From an uncultured candidate division Zixibacteria bacterium (GTDB taxonomy: Bacteria; Zixibacteria; MSB-5A5; RBG-16-43-9): DNA of 64,000 nucleotides. The position numbers and the translations under genes were made by a program. The notes below the pieces were generated by a model. It was not told where the DNA came from and ran no database searches. It saw only the letters and a list, made by a program, of their open reading frames with translations. Below, piece after piece: positions 39,956 to 48,540 of the stretch. The DNA lies in the NCBI GenBank assembly GCA_963713865.1, contig OY970208.1:1856001-1920000 (forward strand). The letters are read 5' to 3'. How positions within the stretch are numbered: position 1 is the first letter of the stretch; every line of letters begins with the position of its first letter.

Positions 39956-40591
39956 ATGCTATCGATTGTTTCTATAACTATACTCTCCTATCTCTTAGGC
40001 TCAATTCCCTTCGGAATAATCATTTCTAAATTCTGGAAGGGGATCGACATCCGGGAATATGGCTCGAAAAATCCCGGAGCGACTAATGTCTATCGAGTTA
40101 TTGGACCAATTCCTGCTTTAATAGTTTTGCTCTTGGATGTAAGTAAAGGACTAATTGCCACTCTTTTAATAAGCAGAATTATCATTGACCAACCAGTTCT
40201 TAATCAAACCAGTTTAAGGATAATTGCAGGACTGGTTGTTATCCTCGGTCATATTTTTCCCGTATTCGCCTCTTTCAAAGGAGGTAAAGGAGTAGCCACG
40301 GGCTTGGGCGTATTAATTTCTCTTGCCCCTGTAGAGTTGATTTTTGCTCTATTACTTTTTTTGATTATAGTTGCAATCACCCGCTATGTATCTCTGGGTT
40401 CTCTATCTTCAGCTTTATTTATCTTGCTTGCCTTAATCTTTGAAAAATATTATCTTCATAAGCCAGTATCGTATGAGCTTTTGATAGCGGTTCTGGTGCT
40501 TAATATATTTCTTTTCTATACTCACCGCTCGAATATCAAAAGATTAATTAACGGGACTGAGAATAAGTTTGGTAAAAAACAAAAGCTGTGA
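39956..40591 (+). CDS. plsY: Glycerol-3-phosphate acyltransferase PlsY
   Basis: YLLGSIP, DIRE.GSKNPGATN, GHIFP.F..FKGGKGVAT, HRSNI.RL..GTE. Confidence 0.94.
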   Translation: MLSIVSITILSYLLGSIPFGIIISKFWKGIDIREYGSKNPGATNVYRVIGPIPALIVLLLDVSKGLIATLLISRIIIDQPVLNQTSLRIIAGLVVILGHIFPVFASFKGGKGVATGLGVLISLAPVELIFALLLFLIIVAITRYVSLGSLSSALFILLALIFEKYYLHKPVSYELLIAVLVLNIFLFYTHRSNIKRLINGTENKFGKKQKL

Positions 40592-40624
40592 TAATCTTGC
40601 ATAGGAGTGGAGTTTAACTTTGCC

Positions 40625-40720
40625 TGTCATTCTGACCCCGCCGTAGGCGGGGGAAGAATCTCTGTCCGCCTTAGGCGGATTCGGTCGTCTCGCAGAATGC
40701 GGGACTCCTTCAGAATGACA
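40625..40720. repeat. TGTC-tagged pair with CCGCC-N-GGCGG inserts
   Basis: tgtcattctga-ccccgccgtaggcgggg-gaagaatct; tccgccttaggcgga; cagaatgaca. Confidence 0.75.
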
Positions 40721-40784
40721 ATTATGGCTTACAGGGTAACACAAACTCCGCATCTACGCGGTATGATCTCACAGAAGAGAATCA

Positions 40785-41792
40785 ATGACTAAAATCGCAG
40801 TCTTGGGTGCAGGAAGCTGGGGCATAGGGGTTTCGGTTCTTCTTCATTCAAACCAGCACAAAATCTCATTATGGGAGTTCAACTCTCAGGATATGCTTAA
40901 CCTGAGAAAAGAGAGAGAGCATAAGAGTAAACTTCCTGGCATTACAATACCTGAAGAAATCGAAATCACTGACCAGTTGGACCAGGCAGTAAAAGATGCT
41001 GAAATGTTAGTTTTGGCTTTACCTTCACATACAGTCAGGGAAGTCAGTAAAAAATTAACCCGGATTTCTCTAAACGAGCCTTTAATTGTGAACTTAGCCA
41101 AGGGGATTGAAAATGATACCTTATGCCGGATGTCAGAGGTCCTAACCCAAGAATTACCTGAGAAGCTACATAATAAGATTGTGACTTTATCCGGACCCTG
41201 TCATGCAGAAGAGGTCTCGCGAAAAATGCCTACGTCTGTGGTAATAGCAGGATTAAAGCAGGAATCGTCTATACAAGCCCAGAAGATCTTTATGAATAAA
41301 TATTTCCGGGTATATACCAGTGAGGATTTGATCGGAGTGGAACTTGGCGGCTCTCTGAAAAATGTTATTGCCATTGGCTCAGGGATTTGCGATGGACTTA
41401 ATTTAGGTGATAATGCCAAAGGTGCTCTTTTGACCAGAGGCTTGGCAGAGATGGTCAGGTTAGGGGAGAAGCTTGGAGCTAAAGCATCTACATTTTCCGG
41501 ACTTTCCGGAATGGGTGATTTGATTACTACCTGTATCAGCCGGCATTCGAGAAACAGGTATGTGGGAGAGCATATCGGTAAAGGAGAGACTCTTAAAGAG
41601 ACACTTGAAGGTATGGTTATGGTGGCTGAAGGGGTCAAGACCACAAAATCCGCTTTTCAGCTTTCTCAAAAATATAAAGTGGAGATGCCGATTACCCGGC
41701 AGGTTTACCGGATATTATTTGAAAATATTAACCCCAAAGAGGCTTTAATCGAGCTTATGACCCGTGAGCCAAAATCTGAAATTTGGAGTTGA
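40785..41792 (+). CDS. gpsA: NAD(P)H-dependent glycerol-3-phosphate dehydrogenase
   Basis: GAGSWG, AKGIE, SGP.HA.E, LKNVIAI, GMGDL.TTC.S.HSRN, AEGV. Confidence 0.95.
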   Translation: MTKIAVLGAGSWGIGVSVLLHSNQHKISLWEFNSQDMLNLRKEREHKSKLPGITIPEEIEITDQLDQAVKDAEMLVLALPSHTVREVSKKLTRISLNEPLIVNLAKGIENDTLCRMSEVLTQELPEKLHNKIVTLSGPCHAEEVSRKMPTSVVIAGLKQESSIQAQKIFMNKYFRVYTSEDLIGVELGGSLKNVIAIGSGICDGLNLGDNAKGALLTRGLAEMVRLGEKLGAKASTFSGLSGMGDLITTCISRHSRNRYVGEHIGKGETLKETLEGMVMVAEGVKTTKSAFQLSQKYKVEMPITRQVYRILFENINPKEALIELMTREPKSEIWS

Positions 41793-41832
41793 CAACTTGA
41801 AATAAATGTGTATCTTAAGTCTAAATTATGAA

Positions 41833-41953
41833 GAGGTCTCTGAAAAAGTGGAAACGACTGGTCGGGCAGGGGTGCCCGACCTACGAAAAATCAACGTCTT
41901 AGATGCACGTAGACAGGGCTCCCAGCCCTGTAAATGAGTTTTTCAGAGCTCTC
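41833..41953. repeat. IR-bounded element containing two GTAG REPs
   Basis: gaggtctctgaaaa ... ttttcagagctctc enclosing gtcgggcaggggtgcccgacctac and gtagacagggctcccagccctgt. Confidence 0.6.
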
Positions 41954-41991
41954 ATAAAGTATCTCTTTAAGGTCAGTAAAGGGCAATAAGT

Positions 41992-42354
41992 ATGAAACAC
42001 AAATCAGTAGACGAGCTAAGCGGAAAGCTCTATTATTCCATTAGCGAGGTAAGCGAGATAACCGGAATAAAACAATACGTGCTTAGATTCTGGGAAAAAG
42101 AATTCTCTGATTTGAGACCGAAAAAGAACCGGGCTGGTAACCGGACCTACCAGTTGAAAGACATAGAGCTGGTGAACCGGATAAAGAACCTTCTATATGA
42201 AGAAGGCTTTACCATCGAGGGAGCCAGAGCCCAGTTAAAAGAGTTCCGCCATACTACAGAGCCAGAAAATAAGGAAATTAATCAGGAAAATCTGAAAACG
42301 GTTTTGAAGGACATCAAAAAGGAGCTTAGCGAGATTTTAAAGATATTGAGTTGA
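41992..42354 (+). CDS. MerR-family HTH regulator
   Basis: KLYYSISEV, VLRFWEKEF..L.P.KNRAGNRTY, FTIEGAR; commonly adjacent to tRNA-Pro. Confidence 0.88.
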   Translation: MKHKSVDELSGKLYYSISEVSEITGIKQYVLRFWEKEFSDLRPKKNRAGNRTYQLKDIELVNRIKNLLYEEGFTIEGARAQLKEFRHTTEPENKEINQENLKTVLKDIKKELSEILKILS

Positions 42355-42360
42355 TTCAAT

Positions 42361-42435
42361 CGGGGCGTAGCGCAGCCTGGGTAGCGCACTTGCTTGGGGT
42401 GCAAGTGGTCGTCCGTTCAAATCGGATCGCCCCGA
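42361..42435 (+). tRNA. tRNA-Pro(GGG)
   Basis: cggggcg...cgccccg acceptor; anticodon arm cttgc-ttGGGgt-gcaag; T arm gtccgttcaaatcggat. Confidence 0.92.
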
Positions 42436-42465
42436 TAAAAGGAGATTCCGAAATAGGAGGCAAAG

Positions 42466-42942
42466 ATGAAGAAGTATATTTTCATTGCCATCTGTGTTTC
42501 TCTGCTAGCTGTAGCTGTGAGTTGCCGAAGCGGGAGAGACATTGAAGCTGAAAAAACTAAGGTCAAAGCAGTCCTGGATAGCTACATAACAAGTATTGAG
42601 AATGAAGACATGGGACTGTATTCCAGGATCATCATGCATGACCCAGACATGGTGAATTTCGGCACTGCCGTCACCGATCGCATCGTCGGGTGGGACGCTT
42701 TGAGAAATGCAATTAAAGCTCAAAATGCCGCTTTGTCGGAGACAAAGATCACTCAGAGCGATGTTACCATTAATCTGTCACCTGACGGGCAGTTTGCGTG
42801 GGCGACATCCCTATGGAATTTCAAAGCTACAATGGGAGCGCAAGCCATTGATCTGCCAGTTCGCTGCACTTGGATTCTGGAAAAACGCAATAAGGACTGG
42901 GAAATTGTTCATTTTCATAAGTCCATAGGCGCAGCATTCTAA
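42466..42942 (+). CDS. SnoaL/NTF2-like fold lipoprotein
   Basis: Lipobox-like AVAVSC; FGT...D...GW, AW, R.TWILEKR..DW.IVHFH.S; higher GC than flanks. Confidence 0.8.
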   Translation: MKKYIFIAICVSLLAVAVSCRSGRDIEAEKTKVKAVLDSYITSIENEDMGLYSRIIMHDPDMVNFGTAVTDRIVGWDALRNAIKAQNAALSETKITQSDVTINLSPDGQFAWATSLWNFKATMGAQAIDLPVRCTWILEKRNKDWEIVHFHKSIGAAF

Positions 42943-42960
42943 GAGCTGTGTGGCCATCGG

Positions 42961-43012
42961 CTTGCTTGGGGTGCAAGTGGTCGTCCGTTCAAATCGGATC
43001 GCCCCGATAAAA
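42961..43012 (+). repeat. 52-bp direct repeat of tRNA-Pro(GGG) 3' part (attR-like)
   Basis: Identical to 42389-42440 (cttgcttggggtgc...gccccgataaaa). Confidence 0.92.
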
Positions 43013-43077
43013 ATAAATAATTTTATGCAAGTATTAGTAAAAATTAGGATGTTTGCATTGCCTCTATTACTCCAATT

Positions 43078-43124
43078 TGGGGGTATATACGCAATGCAGA
43101 TATGAACGAGTTATGCGCTATGCT
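43078..43124 (+). other. attI-like site / cassette core (GTTATGC)
   Basis: gggggtatatacgca...gatatgaacgaGTTATGCGCTATGCT; inverse partner agcacagcgcgtaat at 45064-45078; similar motif at 45249-45291. Confidence 0.55.
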
Positions 43125-43191
43125 AGTCTCCAATCTATAATATTATTTTACTAATAAACAATTATTCATTAAAAAAATCAAATAGATATTT

Positions 43192-44187
43192 ATGAAAAAA
43201 CAATTAATCGATACCGTAGAATACAAAGAGAAAATCATTGATGTCCCTTTATCACAAATCGAATTGAATAATCTAAATCCAAGGAGAAGGTTTGTTGATA
43301 CAGAGGAGGATGTGTTAATAGAATCAATATTATCGAAAGGTATGTTAAATCCAATTATTGTATATAAAAGGCAAAAAGATAACCGATACGTAATTTTGGA
43401 TGGCGAAAGAAGATTCAAAGCATTTAAGAAATTAAACAAGCCACATATCTCGTGTCATGTTTTAGAAAAAGAGCCAACAGAATTAGAAAATTTATCAATG
43501 ATGTTTCATATCCATAATGTAAGAGAAGAATGGACCGACTTTGCAATTGCTCACACGTTGGTAAAAGTAATTTTTGAAATGGGAAAGGATTTGAGGCACT
43601 TAGGGCGTCAAGATAAATTACAGTTATCCCAATTAACTTCTCTTTCTGAGTACAAAATTAATAAATATTTGATTTTCTATGATTATCCAAAAAGCATAAT
43701 TACTAAGTTTATGGAATCTGAGGTGAAAGAGATTCCAGACAAAGGGATGGATCCTGATATACTGGCAGAAATGCATGCGCCTATAAAGCTTATTGAAAAT
43801 GAACTCCCAGATTTTTTGAAAGAATATAACAAAGAAAAAATAATTGATGCATGCGTAAGAAAAAAAGCAAATGGTATTATCAAAACAAATAGAGATTTTA
43901 GGATGCTGACAAAATCTCTATCCGCAATGAAAAAAGGGGGAGTCAGAAAAGAGGTTATGTTTGATAAATTAGTATCATTTATCAAGGATTTGGAAGTTAC
44001 TCCGCAAAATATTTTTGAAGAAACATCAGAGACTATTTATCAAATAGACTCAATTCTTAAAAAGACAGATACATTAATTAAAGAAGTGCAAAACTTAAAT
44101 CTGAATCAAATAACAAGACATGAAAAAGGCAGATTAGAGAGAAATTTAAAAAAACTGACTGATTTATTAAGAACTAAATTAAGATAA
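43192..44187 (+). CDS. ParB/Srx N-terminal domain protein (no parA nearby)
   Basis: NPRRRF...L.ESI...G.LNPIIV...ILDGERRFKA; HNVREEW; AT-rich. Confidence 0.85.
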   Translation: MKKQLIDTVEYKEKIIDVPLSQIELNNLNPRRRFVDTEEDVLIESILSKGMLNPIIVYKRQKDNRYVILDGERRFKAFKKLNKPHISCHVLEKEPTELENLSMMFHIHNVREEWTDFAIAHTLVKVIFEMGKDLRHLGRQDKLQLSQLTSLSEYKINKYLIFYDYPKSIITKFMESEVKEIPDKGMDPDILAEMHAPIKLIENELPDFLKEYNKEKIIDACVRKKANGIIKTNRDFRMLTKSLSAMKKGGVRKEVMFDKLVSFIKDLEVTPQNIFEETSETIYQIDSILKKTDTLIKEVQNLNLNQITRHEKGRLERNLKKLTDLLRTKLR

Positions 44188-44188
44188 C

Positions 44189-45025
44189 TTGCTAATGCTC
44201 GATGAAATTAAGGATCAGTTTAAAAAGAATGGCTACATAGAGTCACCAGGTTATAATTTACCTAAATCTTTGCTTTGGCAACCAGACTTAGTCTTCTCAA
44301 AAAATAATTACACATATCTTATTCTCGTTAAAAGTAATAATTCTATTCCCCCCTCCTTTCTTAATAGAATCTCAAATATACCTAAAGACACGATAATTCC
44401 GCTGATTGTCTTTGCTCAAAAATTAAAGGATAAAGAAGAAAAGGGTATACTATCGCTCGGTATAAGTATAGCCTATTTTATTAGGGGGAGACTTGTAAAA
44501 TTTACCTTTAAGAAAAAGAAGCCACGGAAAATCGTTAAGAGAGATATAAGAAACAAATTAAAAGCTATTGATATTTTCATAAGCTCTAAACAAGATATTG
44601 TTGAAAGAGAATTTGTAAAAAGTAGAATTAATTATTTAAGGGATACCAATAATTATCCTTTTTTCCTACATATGATTGAATACGACAAATTCGAAATGTC
44701 AAAACTATATAAGCACATCAAAACTGAAATGTGCAAATGCGAATGGATTATAGTTTTATTGGGAAATCACTATTCTCCAATTGTTAAGTATGAAATGAGA
44801 AAAGCTCTAACAGTTATAGAGCATAATAACTATTTCATGTTTGTGAAATCGACCAATAATTGTCGCATAGCATGGGAAAAGGAATTAGACGAAGTAAAAC
44901 AATATAACACTATTCACTATATTCCTTATGCAAATTTAAATGATTTAGAAGTTAATCTATCTAGAGCTGTAAATAAAAGAATGTATCAAATTTGCAAGAA
45001 AGAAAAGGTTGAGATATTTGTTTAA
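44189..45025 (+). CDS. Putative restriction-endonuclease-like N-terminal domain fused to TIR/DUF4062-like domain
   Basis: N-term F...GY...WQPDLV.......ILVK; C-term DIFISS.Q...ER...CEWIIVLLG..YS..V.YE...A; starts 1 nt after parB-like stop (ATG at 44195 also possible). Confidence 0.6.
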   Translation: MLMLDEIKDQFKKNGYIESPGYNLPKSLLWQPDLVFSKNNYTYLILVKSNNSIPPSFLNRISNIPKDTIIPLIVFAQKLKDKEEKGILSLGISIAYFIRGRLVKFTFKKKKPRKIVKRDIRNKLKAIDIFISSKQDIVEREFVKSRINYLRDTNNYPFFLHMIEYDKFEMSKLYKHIKTEMCKCEWIIVLLGNHYSPIVKYEMRKALTVIEHNNYFMFVKSTNNCRIAWEKELDEVKQYNTIHYIPYANLNDLEVNLSRAVNKRMYQICKKEKVEIFV

Positions 45026-45161
45026 ATGCAAATTTATGACTTTATCATAGCCTTTATTCAGGAAGCACAGCGCGTAATAGAGCAAACAACGGCGCTTCCT
45101 TTGTTGATGAAGGATAATTATGATTATCTGGGTGATTCTGAGTGGTCAAACTGCTCTTTTT

Positions 45162-45219
45162 AGTTAATGAAAACAATCTTAGTCCTTATTCCGGCTTTTA
45201 ATGCGGAGAAAACCATTTC
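45162..45219 (+). repeat. Diverged duplicate of the GT2 gene 5' end
   Basis: 53/58 identical to 46768-46825; encodes MKTILVLIPAFNAEKTIS. Confidence 0.85.
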
Positions 45220-45370
45220 CGCAATAGGTGCTGATATCATCCCCAAAAGGGGATTATATTCGCACCAGGTGAGGATGTGAACAAGCTGGTGTAAATGCTG
45301 CCCGTTTGAAAGAAAAATGAGCAGTGGCGCAGGTAGAATACAAAGAAAATAAAATAGAAAGAAGGTTAGA

Positions 45371-46366
45371 ATGCTTTTAAATCATCTAAAAACAGTTATG
45401 CATAACATAAGAATACCAAAGCATATCCGGCATAATTTTAAAACCATCAATCCAGATAAAATGAACGAATTACGAGAAATACTCAGGGAAGAGTATTTTA
45501 AAAACATTAAATACTCCATTGGAGTTACTTCAGAAAATTATCTTGCGACAGCAGAAGGCAAAACTGACGTTGAAAATCATACGGTTAATAGATTAAATGT
45601 TTTCAGGAACACGGTCGTCCCCTGGTTAGATTCATTAAAAAAATTATCCTCATCCAAAATACTTGAAATAGGTTGTGGAACAGGGTGCTCTACTTTAGCA
45701 CTTGCAGAACAAGGTGCCATTGTCACAGGAATTGATATAGACGAAGCAAGCATCAGGGTGGCAAAATTTCGAGCCAATTTGTATGGCGTTGATTACACCC
45801 TCCTTCAAGAAAATGCCACACGCATTGATCGATTCAGCAAACAATCTTTTGATTTAGTAATATTTTTTGCGTCACTTGAACACATGACTATTGATGAGAG
45901 AATCGAGGCCTTGAAAAAAGCGTGGGATTTACTATCAGCCGGCAGTATCCTGGTTGTAATCGAAACGCCGAATCGACTTTGGTTCCGGGATGAGCATGCC
46001 TCTCTTCTTCCATTTTTTCATTGGCTGCCGGATCAACTCGCTTTTTATTATTCCTCTAGGAGTCAGAGGATTAATTTCTACCGCTTCTCAAATGACTTAG
46101 GCAGCCAGGTGCCGATGACATTTCATAGACTCGGAAGGGGGGTAAGCTATCATGAATTCGAAATAGCAATTGGTAAAAATGCTAAATTGAAAGTTATTGG
46201 AGACCTTGATTCGTTCTTAGCAAAGAGATCCATAAATCCACTCCTTAAGCTAAAGAGAAAAATATCCAAGGGAAATAGATATTATAAATTAATTAAAAGT
46301 CTAAATCCGTTCGTACATAGTTCGTTTTTTCGTCAGGAACTGAATTTGGCTATTATCAAAGAATAA
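45371..46366 (+). CDS. Class I SAM-dependent methyltransferase (cassette-like)
   Basis: ILEIGCGTG, GIDID, FDLV...ASLEH, ETPNR; flanked by inverted repeats 45285-45331 / 46522-46568. Confidence 0.85.
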   Translation: MLLNHLKTVMHNIRIPKHIRHNFKTINPDKMNELREILREEYFKNIKYSIGVTSENYLATAEGKTDVENHTVNRLNVFRNTVVPWLDSLKKLSSSKILEIGCGTGCSTLALAEQGAIVTGIDIDEASIRVAKFRANLYGVDYTLLQENATRIDRFSKQSFDLVIFFASLEHMTIDERIEALKKAWDLLSAGSILVVIETPNRLWFRDEHASLLPFFHWLPDQLAFYYSSRSQRINFYRFSNDLGSQVPMTFHRLGRGVSYHEFEIAIGKNAKLKVIGDLDSFLAKRSINPLLKLKRKISKGNRYYKLIKSLNPFVHSSFFRQELNLAIIKE

Positions 46367-46561
46367 AACTATAGCCTGGCGAGCAATGCGGTTGAGGTAA
46401 ATTTTCTCAGGAGAGGAATTGTTGAATCGGTTGGTTTGGCAGAACCGGATGCGGCTTTGACGAAAATAGATTCGCAATAAAACAAGAAAGCCTCGTGCTA
46501 AGGAAATAAAAATCATAAACATGCGCCACTGCGGAGAATCAAAACAAACCGGCAGCATATC

Positions 46562-46694
46562 CACCAACAGCCGCAGCCTACCATTTTGCGCAGCAAGTCA
46601 GGGTAGCGCTTCCGTGTCCGCTCCGCTTTGCTCCGAGGCACTCCAGCGGAATTATAGGCGCAAAACAGCAGGCGGGTGCGGCTAACGGTTAGCA
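46562..46694 (+). other. attC-like site
   Basis: cacCAAC-agccgca...ttttgcgc ... gcgcaaaa...tgcggct-aacg-GTTAGCA imperfect inverted repeat of ~133 bp. Confidence 0.6.
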
Positions 46695-46718
46695 AAATAT
46701 CCGAAAAGGCGAATTTCA

Positions 46719-46751
46719 GTGAAAGTTCGTGATATTATAAAATTGATTAAG
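46719..46751 (+). pseudogene. HicA toxin N-terminal stub (start of next cassette)
   Basis: GTG-KVRDIIKLIK resembles HicA N-termini (MKVRD.IK.IE.DGW); truncated, immediately after attC-like site. Confidence 0.45.
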
Positions 46752-46772
46752 TGTTCTGGTTGCAGCAAGTTA

Positions 46773-47438
46773 ATGAAAAAAATCTTAGTTCTAATTCCAG
46801 CTTTTAATGCCGAGAAAACCATTTCTCCGCTCATAGAGCAGATTTCAGCTAATAGTATAAAAAAAGAAGATATTTTAGTTATAGATGATGGCTCTCTGGA
46901 TTCGACTTATGAGATTGTAAAAAAATGTGACGTTAAGATTATTCAGCACCAAAAAAACAAAGGCAAGGGGGAGGCTTTGAAAACGGGGTTTGGGTATACC
47001 CTGCGGGAAGGGTATTCAGGGGTAATTACTTTAGATGCGGATTTACAGCATGATCCAAAATTCATTCCGGAATTTATCAAAAAAGCAAACTCAGATATAC
47101 TTGTCGGGACAAGGAATATCAGGCTAAAAATTATGCCTTTTCCCAGATGGTTATCTAATAATCTAACTTCTATAATTGTATCTATTTTAGGAGATACTAA
47201 AGTCAGGGACAGCCAATCCGGTTACAGGTATATCTCTGCAGAGGTTTTAAAAACTGTCAGATTGAGGACTAAGAAATATGAGCTTGAGTCAGAACTATTA
47301 ATAAAAGCCGGAAGAAGAAAATTCAAAATTGATCCGGTGCCGATAAGCACAATTTATAAAGGAAGCAAAAGTTTCATAAATCCTCTTGTGGATACAGGAA
47401 GATTTATTAAATTAATGTGGAAAAGTCTTTTCTGGTGA
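46773..47438 (+). CDS. Family 2 glycosyltransferase (DPM-synthase-like)
   Basis: LIPAFN.E, VIDDGS.D.T, N.GKG.AL, TLDADLQHDP, DSQSGYR; ATG 46773. Confidence 0.88.
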   Translation: MKKILVLIPAFNAEKTISPLIEQISANSIKKEDILVIDDGSLDSTYEIVKKCDVKIIQHQKNKGKGEALKTGFGYTLREGYSGVITLDADLQHDPKFIPEFIKKANSDILVGTRNIRLKIMPFPRWLSNNLTSIIVSILGDTKVRDSQSGYRYISAEVLKTVRLRTKKYELESELLIKAGRRKFKIDPVPISTIYKGSKSFINPLVDTGRFIKLMWKSLFW

Positions 47439-47505
47439 AAAGACAGTGGTCAGAAAAAACTGATTACTGACCACTCACCAATGGTTACTAATTTCCGGAG
47501 GAAAT

Positions 47506-48246
47506 TTGATTGCTCTATTAACCAACGACGATGGAATCGAAGCCAAAGGTTTAAAGGTTTTAATAAAAGAGATTTCTAAAATTGCTCAGGTCTGGGTAGT
47601 AGCTCCGGACAGGGAGCAGAGTGCTACCAGCCATTCTTTAACCATAACCCGTCCTTTGAGGTTAAATAAGATCGGAGAGAAAATCTATTCTATTGATGGA
47701 ACCCCTACGGATGCGGTGATGATTGCTTTTCATAAAGTATTAAAGAAAAAGCCAGATATTCTCATCTCCGGCATCAATTCCGGTCCAAATTTAGGAGATG
47801 ACGTTACCTATTCAGGAACCGTAGCTGCCGCAATTGAAGGGACAATCTTAGGTATACCCTCAATCGCAGTTTCCATCACTGATTACGATTTTGATAAATT
47901 TGATAATCCTGCTAAATTCGTTAAAAAACTGGCTAAGTATGTTCTTAAAAATGGACTGTCTGCAGATACCTTTTTGAATGTGAATATACCTCCTCACAAA
48001 AGACCACTTAATAAATATAAGATCACGCGATTAGGTAGAAGGGTTTATAAAGACGTGGTAGTGGAGAAGATCGACCCGCGGGGCAAAAAATATTTCTGGA
48101 TAGCCGGGCAGGCAATAGTTTCAGAAGGAGGGAAAGACTCAGATTTCTTAGCCATTGAAAAAGGGTATATCTCCATTACTCCCCTGCATCTGGACTGGAC
48201 AAATTATAAGACTATCGAGGAGATGAAAGGGTGGAAGATATTTTAG
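47506..48246 (+). CDS. surE: 5'/3'-nucleotidase SurE
   Basis: LLTNDDG, VAPDREQSA.SHS, GTPTD.V, SGIN.G.NLG.DV.YSGTVAAA.EG. Confidence 0.95.
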   Translation: MIALLTNDDGIEAKGLKVLIKEISKIAQVWVVAPDREQSATSHSLTITRPLRLNKIGEKIYSIDGTPTDAVMIAFHKVLKKKPDILISGINSGPNLGDDVTYSGTVAAAIEGTILGIPSIAVSITDYDFDKFDNPAKFVKKLAKYVLKNGLSADTFLNVNIPPHKRPLNKYKITRLGRRVYKDVVVEKIDPRGKKYFWIAGQAIVSEGGKDSDFLAIEKGYISITPLHLDWTNYKTIEEMKGWKIF

Positions 48247-48277
48247 ATTGTGTATATGTGTATAATTGAGGTCGTTT

Positions 48278-48540
48278 GTAGCGTCAGGGTTTATCCCTGA
48301 CGTTTGTTCATTTTCGTCGGGCATAAAACCCGACGCTACATAAAAAACCTCACCTGTCTCTCTCATTACAAAGAAGAGTGAGAAAATGATTTGTAGGGGT
48401 GGGTTTGAAACCCACCCCTACCATTCTATCAGGGGACCCACAGGGTGGCACCCTCAAACTCGTTTGAGGGTGATGCATGAGGTATATGCTCTGATAGCAT
48501 TCTCAAAGCAAGTTTGGGAATGGCACACCGCGTAGCTACC
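48278..48540. repeat. Cluster of GTAG/GTGG REP-like hairpins
   Basis: gtagcgtcaggg...cgacgctac; gtaggggtgggtttgaaacccacccctac; gtggcaccctcaaactcgtttgagggtg. Confidence 0.75.

Noticed and set aside
40544-40792. Short ORFs 40544-40753 (-) and 40607-40792 (+), and similar ORFs at 27474, 31786, 53223, 60785
   Set aside because: They translate palindromic repeats (CHSE/SLRMT-type peptides) or are antisense to real genes.
42351-42545. 64-aa ORF
   Set aside because: Overlaps tRNA-Pro(GGG); spurious.
42961-43012. Second tRNA-Pro gene
   Set aside because: Lacks the 5' acceptor strand and D arm; it is an att-like duplicate.
43192-44187. Chromosome partitioning parB
   Set aside because: No parA, no typical ParB HTH/ENLQR motif, and it lies in an AT-rich cassette-like insertion.
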